Under the pieces are notes generated by a model. The model ran no database searches. It saw only the letters and a program-made list of their open reading frames with translations, and was not told where the DNA came from. The translations under genes were made by a program, and so were the position numbers. This document shows positions 38,534-49,438 of a DNA stretch of 64,000 nucleotides, piece after piece; the first letter of the stretch is position 1, and each line of letters starts with the position of its first letter. This DNA is from Leucoraja erinacea. Its lineage: Eukaryota. The DNA is taken from assembly GCF_028641065.1 (NCBI RefSeq), contig NW_026576387.1:1-64000 (forward strand), in the 5' to 3' direction.

Positions 38534-39432
38534 TTATATACATAGCTTCCCATTTAAGGTAAACATATACTTCACTCCATTTTTCAGCTCCTCTCTAAAT
38601 TTCCTTTGTGTGAGACCATAAATGCAGGTGTTGCTGCAAGTACTGAGAAACTGCAGCATGAATCCACATTGTTGAAATATATATATGGGACTATTCAAAT
38701 ATCTGTCCCCATAGGTAACATTCACCGCCTGCCAGTTCATTGAATGTATTACATAGGGCATCCACAGTAAAATGAAGTTCGCTGATATCGCGAACAGGAG
38801 AATCATTGATTTTCTCCGGTTTTCCACCTCTGAATCTTTCTGATTTTCACTGGGACTTTTCAGCGACTTCCGGACCTGATTTGCCGCGACGATGTGCCTG
38901 ACGGTTAACCCATTAAACAGAAGAATGAAACATATGGGTAGCAACGGCGTTACGAGGCTGTCAAACAACTCGTGTCCTTTCCAGAGGGGAGAAGTGAAGT
39001 ACTCGGGCGTTTTCACGCAAAGCCAGGGCACAGAGTCGATGATAACAAAAGGCTCAGCCTCGAAATAAAAAGGGATACACCTCACACAGCTCACTATCGT
39101 CACCATTACTATCACCTTGGTGGCTGTTCTCGCTGTACAATATCGTTCCCGCAGATTTGGGAAACAGATGGCGACGCATCTATCGAAGGTAAAAGCCACT
39201 GTAAGCCAAACGGAACAGTCGGTGCTTGCAACTGTAAACACGGTGGTCAGGGAACATATCGGAGTTATCAGCAAGAATCGGGCGTAATAATACATGCTGT
39301 TGATCTGTCTGAGAATATTAGCAATGACGACCATCATGAAATCCGCTCCTGCCATCCCAACCAGGTAGCGAGTGATACATTTGGAGAGTCCACATTTCCC
39401 ACGGGATAGGATCACGATAGCCGTTACATTAA
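38534..39432 (-). CDS. GPCR-A exon 2: class A 7TM receptor, GPR139/GPR142-related family (322 aa spliced)
   Basis: Acceptor tttctcattgcag. Contains TM1 Asn, MAGAD (D2.50), FDRCVAIC, PFYF, ECL2 PWLC, FILLWMP, CSNTCIY and helix-8 KFREEL. Uninterrupted ORF to stop. Confidence 0.92.
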
Positions 39433-39459
39433 CTGCAATGAGAAAGGAAAGCACAGAGT

Positions 39460-41432
39460 TATACGTGGTAAATGGTAGGGAATGGAAGAATGTAGGTGAA
39501 CAGAGGGATCTGGGAATCTGGGAATAACTGTGCACAATGGGCTGAAAGATGGCAGATGGAGTTTAATGCTGATAAATGTGAGGTGCTGCATCTTGGCAGG
39601 ACAAATCAAAATATGACGCACATGGTAAATGGTAGCGAATTGGGGAATGCAGTTGTACAGAGGGATCTAGGAATAACTACGCATAGTTCCCTGAAAGTGG
39701 AATCTCATGTAGATAGGGTGGTAAAGAAAGCTTTTGGTGTGCTGGCCTTTATAAATCAGAGCATTGAGTATAGAAGTTGGGATGTAATGTTAAAATTGTA
39801 CAAGGCATTGGTGAGGCCAATTCTGGAGTATGGTGTACAATTTTGGTCGCCTAATTATAGGAAGGATGTCAACAAAATAGAGAGAGTACAGAGGAGATTT
39901 ACTAGAATGTTGCCTGGGTTTCAGCAACTAAGTTACAGAGAAAGGTTGAACAAGTTAGGGCTTTATTCTTTGGAGCGCAGAAGGTTAAGGGGGGGACTTG
40001 ATAGAGGTTTTTAAAACGATGAGAGGGATAGACAGAGTTGATGTGGATAAGCCTTTCCCACTGAGATTAGGGAAGATTCAAACAAGGGGACATGACTTGA
40101 GAATTAAGGGACTGAAGTTTAGGGGTAACATGAGGGGGAATTTCTTTACTCAGAGAGTGGTAGCTGTGTGGAATGAGCTTCCAGTGAAGGTGGTGGAGGC
40201 AGGTTCGTTTTTATAATTTAAAAATAAATTGGATAGTTATATGGACGGGATGGGAATGGAGGGTTATGGTCTGAGCGCAGGTATATGGGACTAGGGGAGA
40301 TTATGTGTTCGGCACGGACTAGAAGGGTCGAGATGGCCTGTTTCCGTGCTGTAATTGTTGTATGGTTATATGGTTATATGGTTAAATAAACCAAAAAGCT
40401 TCTTATGCCCCTGTCCCACTTAGGAAACCTGAACGGAAATCTCTGGAAACTTTGCGCCCCACCCAAGGTTTCCGAGCGGTTCCCGGAGGTCGCAGGTAGT
40501 GGAAGCAGGTAGGGAGACTGACAAAAACCTCCGGCAACCGCACGGAAACCTTGGGTGGGGCGCAAAGTCTCCAGAGATTTCCGTTCAGGTTTCCTTAGTG
40601 GGACAGGGGCATAAAGAGACCCTGGTTCGATCCTGGAGTATTGCGTGCAGTTTTGGTCTCCTAATCTGAAGAATGACATTCTTGCCATAGAGGGAGTACA
40701 GAGAAGGTTCACCAGACTGATTCCTGGGATGTCAGGACTGTCATAACCATATAACCATATAACAATTACAGCACGGAAACAGGCCATCTCGACCCTTCTA
40801 GTCCGTTCCGAATACGTATTCTCCCCTAGTCCCATATACCTGCGCTCAGACTATAGCCCTCCATTCCTTTCTCGCCCATATAACTATCCAATTTATTTTT
40901 AAATGATAAAAACGAACCTGTCTCCACCACCTTCACTGGAAGCTCATTCCACGCAGCCACCACTCTCTGAGTATATGAGGAAAGACTGGATAGACTCGGC
41001 TTGTACTCGCTAGAATTTAGAAGATTGAGGGGGGGATCTTATAGAAACTTACACATTTCTTAAGGGGTTGGACAGGCTAGATACAGAAAAATTGTTCCCG
41101 ATGTTGGGGAAGTCCAGAACAAGGGGTCACACAGTTTAAGGATAAAGGGGAAATCCTTTAGGACCGAGATGAGAAAAAAAATTACACAGAGAGTGGTGAA
41201 TCTGTGGAATTCTCTGCCACAGACGGTAGTTGAGGCCACAGTTCATTGGCTATATTTAAGAGGGGGTTAGATGTGGCCCTTGTGGCTAAAGGGATCAGGG
41301 GGTATGGAGAGAAGGCAGGTACAGGATACTGAGTTGGATGATCAGCCATGATCATATTGAATGGCGGTGCAGGCTCGAAGGTCCGAATGGCCTCTACTCC
41401 TGCACCTATTTTCTATGTTTCTATGTTTCTAT
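39460..41432. mobile_element. CR1 fragments filling the GPCR-A intron (B+ 39460-40385, A+ 40633-41432 with nested B- 40742-40972)
   Basis: ORFs 39496-40014 and 39998-40216, with tails. Confidence 0.88.
40406..40611. mobile_element. Harbinger-like MITE in the GPCR-A intron
   Basis: Same TIRs, with TTA/TAA flanks. Confidence 0.75.
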
Positions 41433-41460
41433 GAAAGCGCGACCAGACCCAGCGCCTTAC

Positions 41461-41530
41461 CAATAATACCAACCGCTGCAAATACAGGATAGTAAATGCT
41501 CCCGATGTAGTAAATTGCTGGATATGGCAT
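41461..41530 (-). CDS. GPCR-A exon 1 (MPYPAIYYIGSIYYPVFAAVGII-G): short N-terminus and first half of TM1
   Basis: Minus-strand ATG at 41530, 23 codons plus G, then GTAAGG donor. Joins in frame to 39432 giving ...GII-V-NVTAIVIL. Confidence 0.88.
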
Positions 41531-41972
41531 TTTCGCGATCAGTTCTTCAAAATGTTCTAGCGGTCCCATGCACAGGCGACTGCTTTATGATCATCTAATA
41601 TACGAGGGATAAGTTCCACTGCGCCAATTAGTGCGAATGTCTTGTCAGTCGTGTCATCCATAACACCTACACCATCTTTACGAGTTGCTATATTTTTTTA
41701 CCATTGCGCCATTGTGCAATGCAATCCACTCCTAAAGGAATACGACAAACAACATTAGACGTTGTCTGAAACTGCAAGTTACGGCACTTAATTCCCCGAG
41801 GAGAATTACAAACGCAATGACTCCCAAGCTGCATTGAGTATCCTCTCATTGTGCCTTATGCAAGGATCTAAATCTTAACCAATATCCTCCATGTCTGCTA
41901 TCAGCATGAGGATTTCCATTCTAGGAGGTGTCGAAATCATCTTTCATCAGTAACCGTGGATTCTTCGGTCTG

Positions 41973-42256
41973 NNNNNNNNNNNNNNNNNNNNNNNNNNNN
42001 NNNNNNNNNNNNNNNNNNNNNNNNNNNNNNNNNNNNNNNNNNNNNNNNNNNNNNNNNNNNNNNNNNNNNNNNNNNNNNNNNNNNNNNNNNNNNNNNNNNN
42101 NNNNNNNNNNNNNNNNNNNNNNNNNNNNNNNNNNNNNNNNNNNNNNNNNNNNNNNNNNNNNNNNNNNNNNNNNNNNNNNNNNNNNNNNNNNNNNNNNNNN
42201 NNNNNNNNNNNNNNNNNNNNNNNNNNNNNNNNNNNNNNNNNNNNNNNNNNNNNNNN
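41973..42256. other. Assembly gap (284 N)
   Basis: Run of N. Confidence 1.
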
Positions 42257-43022
42257 ACATAGAAACATAGAAACATAGAAAATAGGTGCAGGAGTTGAGG
42301 TCATTCAGCCCTTCGAGCCTGCACCATTCGCCATTCAATATGATCATTGCTGATCATCCAACTCAGTATCCTGTACCTGCCTTCTCCCCTGATCCCTTTA
42401 GCCACAAGGGCCACATCTAACTCGCTCTTAAATATAGCCAATGAACTGTGGGGCCTCAACTACCCTCTGTGGCAGAGAGTTCCAGAGATTCACCACTCTC
42501 TGTGTGAAAAATGTTTTTCTCATCTCGGTCCTAAAAGACTTCCCCCTTATCCTTCAACCGTGGTCCCTTGTTCTGGACTTCCCCAACATCGGGAACAATC
42601 TTCCAGCATCTAGCCTGTCCAACCCCTTAAACATTTGTACGTTTCTATAAGATCCCCCCCTCAATCTTCTAAATTCTAGCGAGTACAAGCCGAGTCTATC
42701 CAGTCAATCTTCATATGAAAGTCTTGACATCTCAGGAATCAGTCTGGTGAACCTTCTCTGTACGCCCTCTATGGCAAGAATGTCTTTCCTCAGATTAGGA
42801 GACCAAAACTGTACGCAATACTCCAGGTGTGGTCTCACCAAGACAACTGCAGTATAACCTCCCTGCTCCTATACTCAAATCCTTTTACCATGAATGCTAA
42901 CATACCATACGCTTTCTTCACTGCCTGCTGCACCTGCATGCCTACTTTCAATGACTGGTGTACCATAACACCCAGGTCTCGTTGCATCTCCCCTTTTCCT
43001 AATCGGCCACCATTCAGATAAA
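42257..43022 (-). mobile_element. CR1-A fragment
   Basis: A-type RT C-terminus and tail. Confidence 0.88.
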
Positions 43023-43750
43023 TAAAAAAATCGAGGAAATGCCATCCCGGACAAACTTCTCAAACCGTTTCCATGCCAGTGATGTGATCCATTAATTTCC
43101 TAGATTATATTCACTTCACTTCTTCAACAAAGGAATATCACTGGGTGTCCCCTCCGTCCTCCGAGACCTCGCCTGTGGCAGGAGATGACCTTCATTACAA
43201 TACAATGCAATACAATACAATACCTGTATTTGTCATTTGAACCTCACATGAGGTTCAAACGAAATTTAGTTTCTGCAGCCATACAATAAAAGAACCAAAA
43301 CACACACCAACACTATTCACATAAACATCCCTCCTCACTGTGATGGAAGGCAAAGTTCTTGTCTCTCCCCTGCATTCCGTTTCCCTCCCGAAGTCGAGGT
43401 CAAAGCCCTTAAAGTCCTGCAATGCGTTCACTTGCCACACTCTATCACATGGAATAAACCCCATCGGGCTTTGCTCAATTGTCCACCTTCAAGAGTCCAA
43501 ATATCACCTTCTTGAATTCAACCTGCCTTCGCATATTAATATTACCTCCTAATTATATTGTATTCATTCATCCCTACGCATGGAGCCTCAGTGGGGTAAT
43601 CTTCCAATTGTTCCTTGTCTACCCCGTCGTAATATTATTCCTGATTGCTGGAGCAACCCTTCCCTCCATTTTGTATCCCTTTCTATCAATCTAAATAATG
43701 GAATCCCTGAACAGTTGCAATTGCCAGCCCTGTCCTTCGCGGAACTTTAA

Positions 43751-44451
43751 TGTCCCTGTCCCACTTAGGAAACCTCTGGAGACTTTGCGCCCCACCCAAG
43801 GTTTCCGTGCGGTTCCCGGAGGTTCCCGGAGGTTTTTGTCAGTCTCCCTAATGGTCGAAAGTGGTTGCCGCTTCTTCTATGTTCCGGCGATTATTTCAAA
43901 CAACCGGCCGCGACTAAAATTAGGTTGCCGTTTTAAAAACCGGTAATTTTTTAGTCGAAGCCGGTTGCGATGCTGGTTGAAGGCGGTTCAACGTTCAACC
44001 ACCTGCAACCTCCGGCAACCACCTTCAACCTCCCGCAACCACCTGCAACCTCCGGCAACCAACTTTCATAGGACTTTCATATGAAGAAAGACTGGGTAGA
44101 CTCGGCTTGTACTCGCTAGAATTTAGAAGATTGAGGGGGGATCTTATAGAAACTTACAAAATTCTAAAGGGGTTGGACAGGCTAGATGCAGGAAGATTGT
44201 TCCCGATGTTGGGGAAGTCCAGAACAAGGGGTCACAGTTTAAGGATAAGGGGAAATCTTTTAGGACCGAGATGAGAAAAACATTTTTCACGCAGTGAGTG
44301 GTGAATCTGTGGAATTGTCAGTCTTCCCACCTTCTTCCACTACCTTCAACCTCCCGCAACCACCTGCAACCTCCGGGAACCGCACGGAAACCTTGGGTGG
44401 GGCGCCAAGTCTCCAGAGGTTTCCGTTCAGGTTTCCTAAGTGGGACAGGGG
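43751..44451. mobile_element. Longer Harbinger-like MITE with nested CR1 fragment (about 44070-44315)
   Basis: Same TIRs, extra internal sequence and 21-bp CAACCACCTGCAACCTCCGG-type repeats. Confidence 0.7.
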
Positions 44452-44561
44452 TCAGAGAGCGCAATATTAAAGATGACAATTAACTAACAAATCTGCATCT
44501 CTATATATATTTTTACCAATAACATGTACAATACAAATAAACGCACCACCATATTACAAGT

Positions 44562-44850
44562 ATCGGTGGCGCAGAGGTGGATTTCCTGCTTTACAGCGCT
44601 TGCAGCGCCGGAGTCCCGGGTTCGATCCGGGACTCTGGGTACTGTCAGTACGCAGTTTGTACGATCTCTCCGTGACCGCTTGGGATTTCTCCGAGATCTT
44701 CGGTTTCCTCCCACACTCCAAAGACTTGCCGGTTTGTAGGTGGATTGTTTTGGGATAACTCTAAATTGTCCCGTGTGTGAGTGATATTCTTAATGTGCGG
44801 GCATCGCTGGTCGTTGCACACTCGGTGGGCCGAAGGGAGCCCTCTCGTGC
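44562..44850 (+). mobile_element. tRNA-derived V-SINE (HE1-like)
   Basis: A box TGGCGCAGAGGTGG, B box GGTTCGATCC, and a central domain ...CGGTTTCCTCCCACACTCCAAAGAC... Confidence 0.75.
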
Positions 44851-45199
44851 CTGGCGCGGTTACTCGCGGAAGGCCAGCTTCGCCAGGACCATCTGCTCCT
44901 CTTTGCTGTGTGGGAGGGCGCCGGAGAAACCGCAGAAATCCCCCATGGTCACGGATAGATCGTGGAAACTGCACACTGACATCTCACTGGCAATGTCAGG
45001 GCTGCAACTCTTCCCGCTGCGCTATTGGACGCCCACAGTCTTTTTTTTTCAAAGGTAGATTGTGCTAAATCTGTACACGTGGGTTTAAAGTGAGAGATTT
45101 AAGGATAAAGGAGAAATATTTTACGACTGAGATGAGAAAAACATTTTTTTTCACACACAGAGAGTGGTGAATCTGTGGAACTCTCAGCCACAGAAGGTA

Positions 45200-45820
45200 A
45201 GATTAAGATTCAATTTAATTGTCATTTGGACCACTTGAGGTCCAAACGAAATGCCGTTTCTGCAGCCATACATTACAAACAAATAGACCCAAGGCACAAC
45301 ATAATTTACATAAAAACATCCATCACATCGCTGTGATGGAAGGCCAAACAAACTTATCTCTCCACTGCACTCCCCCCCCCCCCCCCCCCCCCCCCCCATG
45401 TCAGAGTCAAAGCCTCCGGCTGGCAATGGCGATTGTCCCGCGGCCATTAAAGCCACGTCGGGTGGTGCAAGGTCGCACACCGGGTCTTGGTGTTAGAGCC
45501 CCCGGCGTGCGCTCGCAGAGTCCCGCGGCCATTCTAAGCCGCGCGGGGCGGTGCTGCAAGGCCCCGCTCCAGGAGCTCTTCGTCCCCGCAACTCGGGCGG
45601 GAGAAGTCGCCGTTGCGAGAGCCCTGAAAAGCGGTCTCCCTCCAGGGACCGCGGGCTCCCGGTGCCGCCGTCCGCCAGACCCGCAGTTGCAGCCTCCGAA
45701 TCTCCGGAGGTCGGGCCGCAGCAGCAGCAGCAGCAGCAACGCTCCACCACCGCTCCACCCGCTCTGGACTCGGTCAGCTCCGCGACGGTGAGGTGAGTCG
45801 TCGGCACCAGAGTCCCCGGT
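45200..45820 (-). mobile_element. GC-rich non-coding retroelement-like insertion (related ends at about 43195-43405 and 56785-57310)
   Basis: Splits a CR1 at AGAAGGTA|...|GGTAGTT. Has a microsatellite tail, an ATGACAATTAAA-type end and a short hairpin, resembling the Rex1-type 3' ends in this window. Confidence 0.45.
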
Positions 45821-46371
45821 AGTTTAGGCCACAGTTCATTGGCTATATTTAAGAGGGAGTTAGATGTGGCCCTTGTGGCTAAAGGGATCAGGGGAGTATG
45901 GAGGTAACGGGATACTGAGTTGGATGATCAGCCATGATCATATTGAATGGCGGTGCAGGCTCGAAGGGCCGAATGGCCTCTACTCCTGCAACTATTTTCT
46001 ATGTTTCTATGTTTCTATTTAAGAGAGTCTTCAGCAGGTCCTTTTTCATTTGGTGTTTTTTTTTCCTATAGGGATTGAATTTCAGGAATAAGCTATATTG
46101 GTGGATGCCATTTCGACTGCTCAAATATATTTAATAGACGAATCGCAAAGTTACCGGCGGCTGCGGGACAAATGCGGGCAAGTGGGACTGGTGCACAATG
46201 TAAACCTCGTCTTGACTTGCCTAACTTCAAGTTGCCTTTGTCTTCCCGTTCTCTCCATTCCTCCCCCATTCCCAGTTATCTGACTGTCCTCGTTTACACG
46301 TTACCTCTATTTCATTTGTTGTTAACTTCTCCTAGATAATATTAATCTATTGTATATCTTCCTTGAGTTCC

Positions 46372-47488
46372 ACCCTCCTGACATGGATAGAGAAGTGGTT
46401 GGCTGACAGAAAACAAAGAGTAGGGATTAACGGGTCCCTTTCAGAATGGCAAGCAGTGACTAGTGGGGTACCGCAAGGCCCGGTGTTGGGACCCCAGCTA
46501 TTTACAATATACATCAATGATTTGGATGAAGGGATTCAAAGTAACATTAGCAAATTTGCAGATGACACAAAGCTGGGTGGCAGTGTGAACTGTGAGGATG
46601 ATGCTATGAGAATGCAGGGTGACTTGGACAGGTTGGGGGAGTGGGCAGATGCATGGCAGATGAAGTTTAATGCAGATAACTGTGAGGTTATCCACTTTGG
46701 TAGCAAAAACAGGAAGGCAGATTACTATCTAAATGGCGTCAAGGTGGGAAAAGGGGAAATACAACGGGATCTGGGGGTCCTTGTACATCAGTCTATGAAA
46801 GTAAGCATGCAGGTACAGCAGACAGTGAAGAAAGCGAATGGCATGTTGGCCTTTATAACAAGAGGAATCGAATATAGGAGCAAAGAGGTCCTTCTGCAGT
46901 TGTACAGGGCCCTAGTGAGACCACAGCTGGAGCATTATATGCAGTTTTGGTCCCCTAATTTGAGGAAGGACATTCTTGCTATTGAGGGAGTGCAGCGTTG
47001 GTTTACAAGGTTAATTCCCGGGATGGCGGGACTGTCATATGCTGAATGACTGTCACAGCTGGGCTTGTACACTCTGGAGTTTGGAAGGATGAGAGGGCAT
47101 CTCATTGAATCATATAAGATTATTAAGGGCTTGGACACACTAGAGGCAGGAAACATGTTCCCGATGTTGGGGGAGCCCAGAACCAGGGGCTACAGTTTGA
47201 GAATAAGGACCAGGCCATTTAGAACGGAGACGAGGAAACACTTTTTCTTACAGAGAGTGGTGAGTCTGTGGAATTATCTGCCTCAGAGGGCGGTGGGGGC
47301 AGGTTCTCTGGATGATTTAAAGAGAGAGCTAGATAGGGCTTTTAAAGATAGCGCAGTCAGTGGATATGGGGAGAAGGCAGGGACGGGGTACTGATTGGGG
47401 AAGATCAGCCATGATCACATTGAATGGCGGTGCTGGCTCGAAGGGCCAAATGGCCTCCTCCAGCACCTATTGTCTATTGTCTATTGTC
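46372..47488 (+). mobile_element. CR1 subfamily C fragment containing the RT core ((TATTGTC)n tail)
   Basis: VTSGVPQGPVLGP.LF.IYINDL...FADDTK, with a premature stop at 47047-47049. Confidence 0.92.
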
Positions 47489-47927
47489 GTTGTCTCGTTT
47501 ATACAATTTCCATATGTCAATGTCTCCCTTTCGCCGAATCAGGGTCTCGACACGATTCGTCACGCAATCATTCTTTCCAGAGATGCTGCCTGTCCCGCTG
47601 AGTCACGCCAGCATTCTTTGTCTATGTTCAACATGGTGAACAGACGCTAGATGGGCAGACGACGTGCTACCGTGTTGGACAACACTATGAATCCCTGACT
47701 CTTTAATAGTCGCTCTTCGGGATTTTATTTCCAATTAACCTTTCTCAATTCACTAGCTCAAGACAGAGTTCAATGGGGAGTGATTGACTGATGCTACCTC
47801 CAGTACTGAAGGAATGATCTCGAAGAGTGGGCGCCGTAATGCCAAATCTATATTCAATGGAAACGGTTTTGCAAATCAGGGCAGTGAAAGCAACGTGAGG
47901 CGCGGAAAATGTTGACTGTGCTTGCAA

Positions 47928-48890
47928 TAGAAACATAGAAACATAGAAAATAGGTGCAGGAGGAGGCCATTCGGCCCTTCGAGCCAGCACCGCCATTCAT
48001 TGTGATCATGGCTGATCGTCCCCTATCAATAACCCGTGCCTGCCTTCTCCCCATATCCCTTGACTCCACTCGCCCCTAGAGCTCTATCTAACTCTCTCTT
48101 AAATCCATCCAGTGACTTGGCCTCCACTGCCCTCTGTGGCAGGGAATTCCACAAATTCACAACTCTCTGGGTGAAAACGTTTTTTCTCACCTCAGTCTTA
48201 AATGACCTCCCCTTTATTCTAAGACTGTGTGTGGCCCCTGGTTCTGGACTCGCCCAACATTGGGAACATTTTTCCTGCATCTACCTTGTCCAGTCCTTTT
48301 ATAATTGTATATGTTTCTACAAGATCTTCCCCTCATCCTTCTAAACTCCAGTCAATACAAGCCTTGTCTTTTCAACCTTTCCTCATATGACAGTCCCGCC
48401 AGCCCGGGGATCAATCTCGTGAACCTACGCTGCACTGTCTCAATCACAAGGATGTCCTTCCTCAAATTAGGAGACCAAAACTGTACACAATACCCCAGAT
48501 GTGGTCTCACCAGAGCCCTATACAACTGCATAAGAACCTCTCTACTCCTATACTGAAATCCTCTTGTTATGAAGGCCAACATTCCATTAGCTTTCTTCAC
48601 TGCCTGCTGTACCTGCACGCCAACTTTCAGTGACCGGTGTACAAGGACACCCAGTTCTCGCTGTACCTCCCCCTTACCTAACCTAACCCCATTGAGATAA
48701 TAATCAGCCCCCTTGTTTTTGCCGCCAAAGTGGATAACCTCACATTTATCTATGTTATACTGCATCTGCCACGCATCTGCCCACTCACTCAACCTGTCCA
48801 GGTCACCCTGCAACCTCCTAACATCCTCGTCAAAGTTCACACTGCCACCCAGCTTTGTGTCATCTGCAAACTTGCAAATATTGCTAATGT
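47928..48890 (-). mobile_element. CR1 subfamily D fragment
   Basis: ORF 48352-48915: FADDTK...[13 protein letters not shown]. Confidence 0.9.
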
Positions 48891-49100
48891 TGCCCCCCCC
48901 CCCCCCCCCCCCCATTGTCCAGGTGACGTCAACCGTTGGCTCAAATCTGACGAAGGTCTATTTTGAATATCATTGCAACATGATGAATATCCCTGGGGAT
49001 ATTCCAAATGTACATAAAAACCTATGGCTCGGCGGCACATCGTCATTCTTGGATTCCAGACAGTGACGGTGGCTCGGACGAACAGCTCGTCGCCCGAAGA

Positions 49101-49167
49101 ATGCATTTACTAGTGAGCTCGGTGGCGAGGGTGTGGTACATCATCATCGCCGTTATCGGAGTCCCTG
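49101..49167 (+). CDS. GPCR-B exon 1 (MHLLVSSVARVWYIIIAVIGVP-G)
   Basis: ATG at 49101, 22 codons plus G, then GTTAGT donor. Joins in frame to 54752 giving GVP-V-NLVAMVIL. An upstream in-frame ATG at 49008 could add 31 aa. Confidence 0.85.
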
Positions 49168-49438
49168 GTTAGTGAACGGACAAGTGTGACTCGGAATTCC
49201 ACTGGCATTGTTTAATATTGGTAATCTGTAGTCAATGATGGTACAGAAATCAACAATAATGTCACAGCAATGATGTTACATCGCGAGTTTTTACGATTTT
49301 CAATGTTGTAATATGTCATGTTTGCTTTCATTAACTCAATCCGTCTTAACCTTCTTATATTTAGAATCATCAGCCGCGCAGGCTATAAATAGCATCTGAT
49401 GCTCGCTACTTTGGCGTTGATCCGGTGATTTCTTGATT

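Noticed and set aside
39433-39535. ORF-track N-terminus (MHSYSQIP...) of GPCR-A
   Set aside because: Antisense CR1 and intron sequence. A proper acceptor sits at 39433 and exon 1 is at 41461-41530.
41921-42347. ORFs containing X runs
   Set aside because: They read through the N gap.
44562-44640. tRNA-like A and B boxes
   Set aside because: This is the head of a V-SINE and does not form a full cloverleaf.
45219-45807. Overlapping 100-190 aa ORFs on both strands (similarly at 56907-57470)
   Set aside because: GC-rich repeat-like sequence that lacks stops by composition, with no recognisable domain.
46363-47394. Longest RT ORFs as a possible active LINE
   Set aside because: 5'-truncated, no endonuclease or ORF1, and an internal stop. 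No autonomous element was found in the window.
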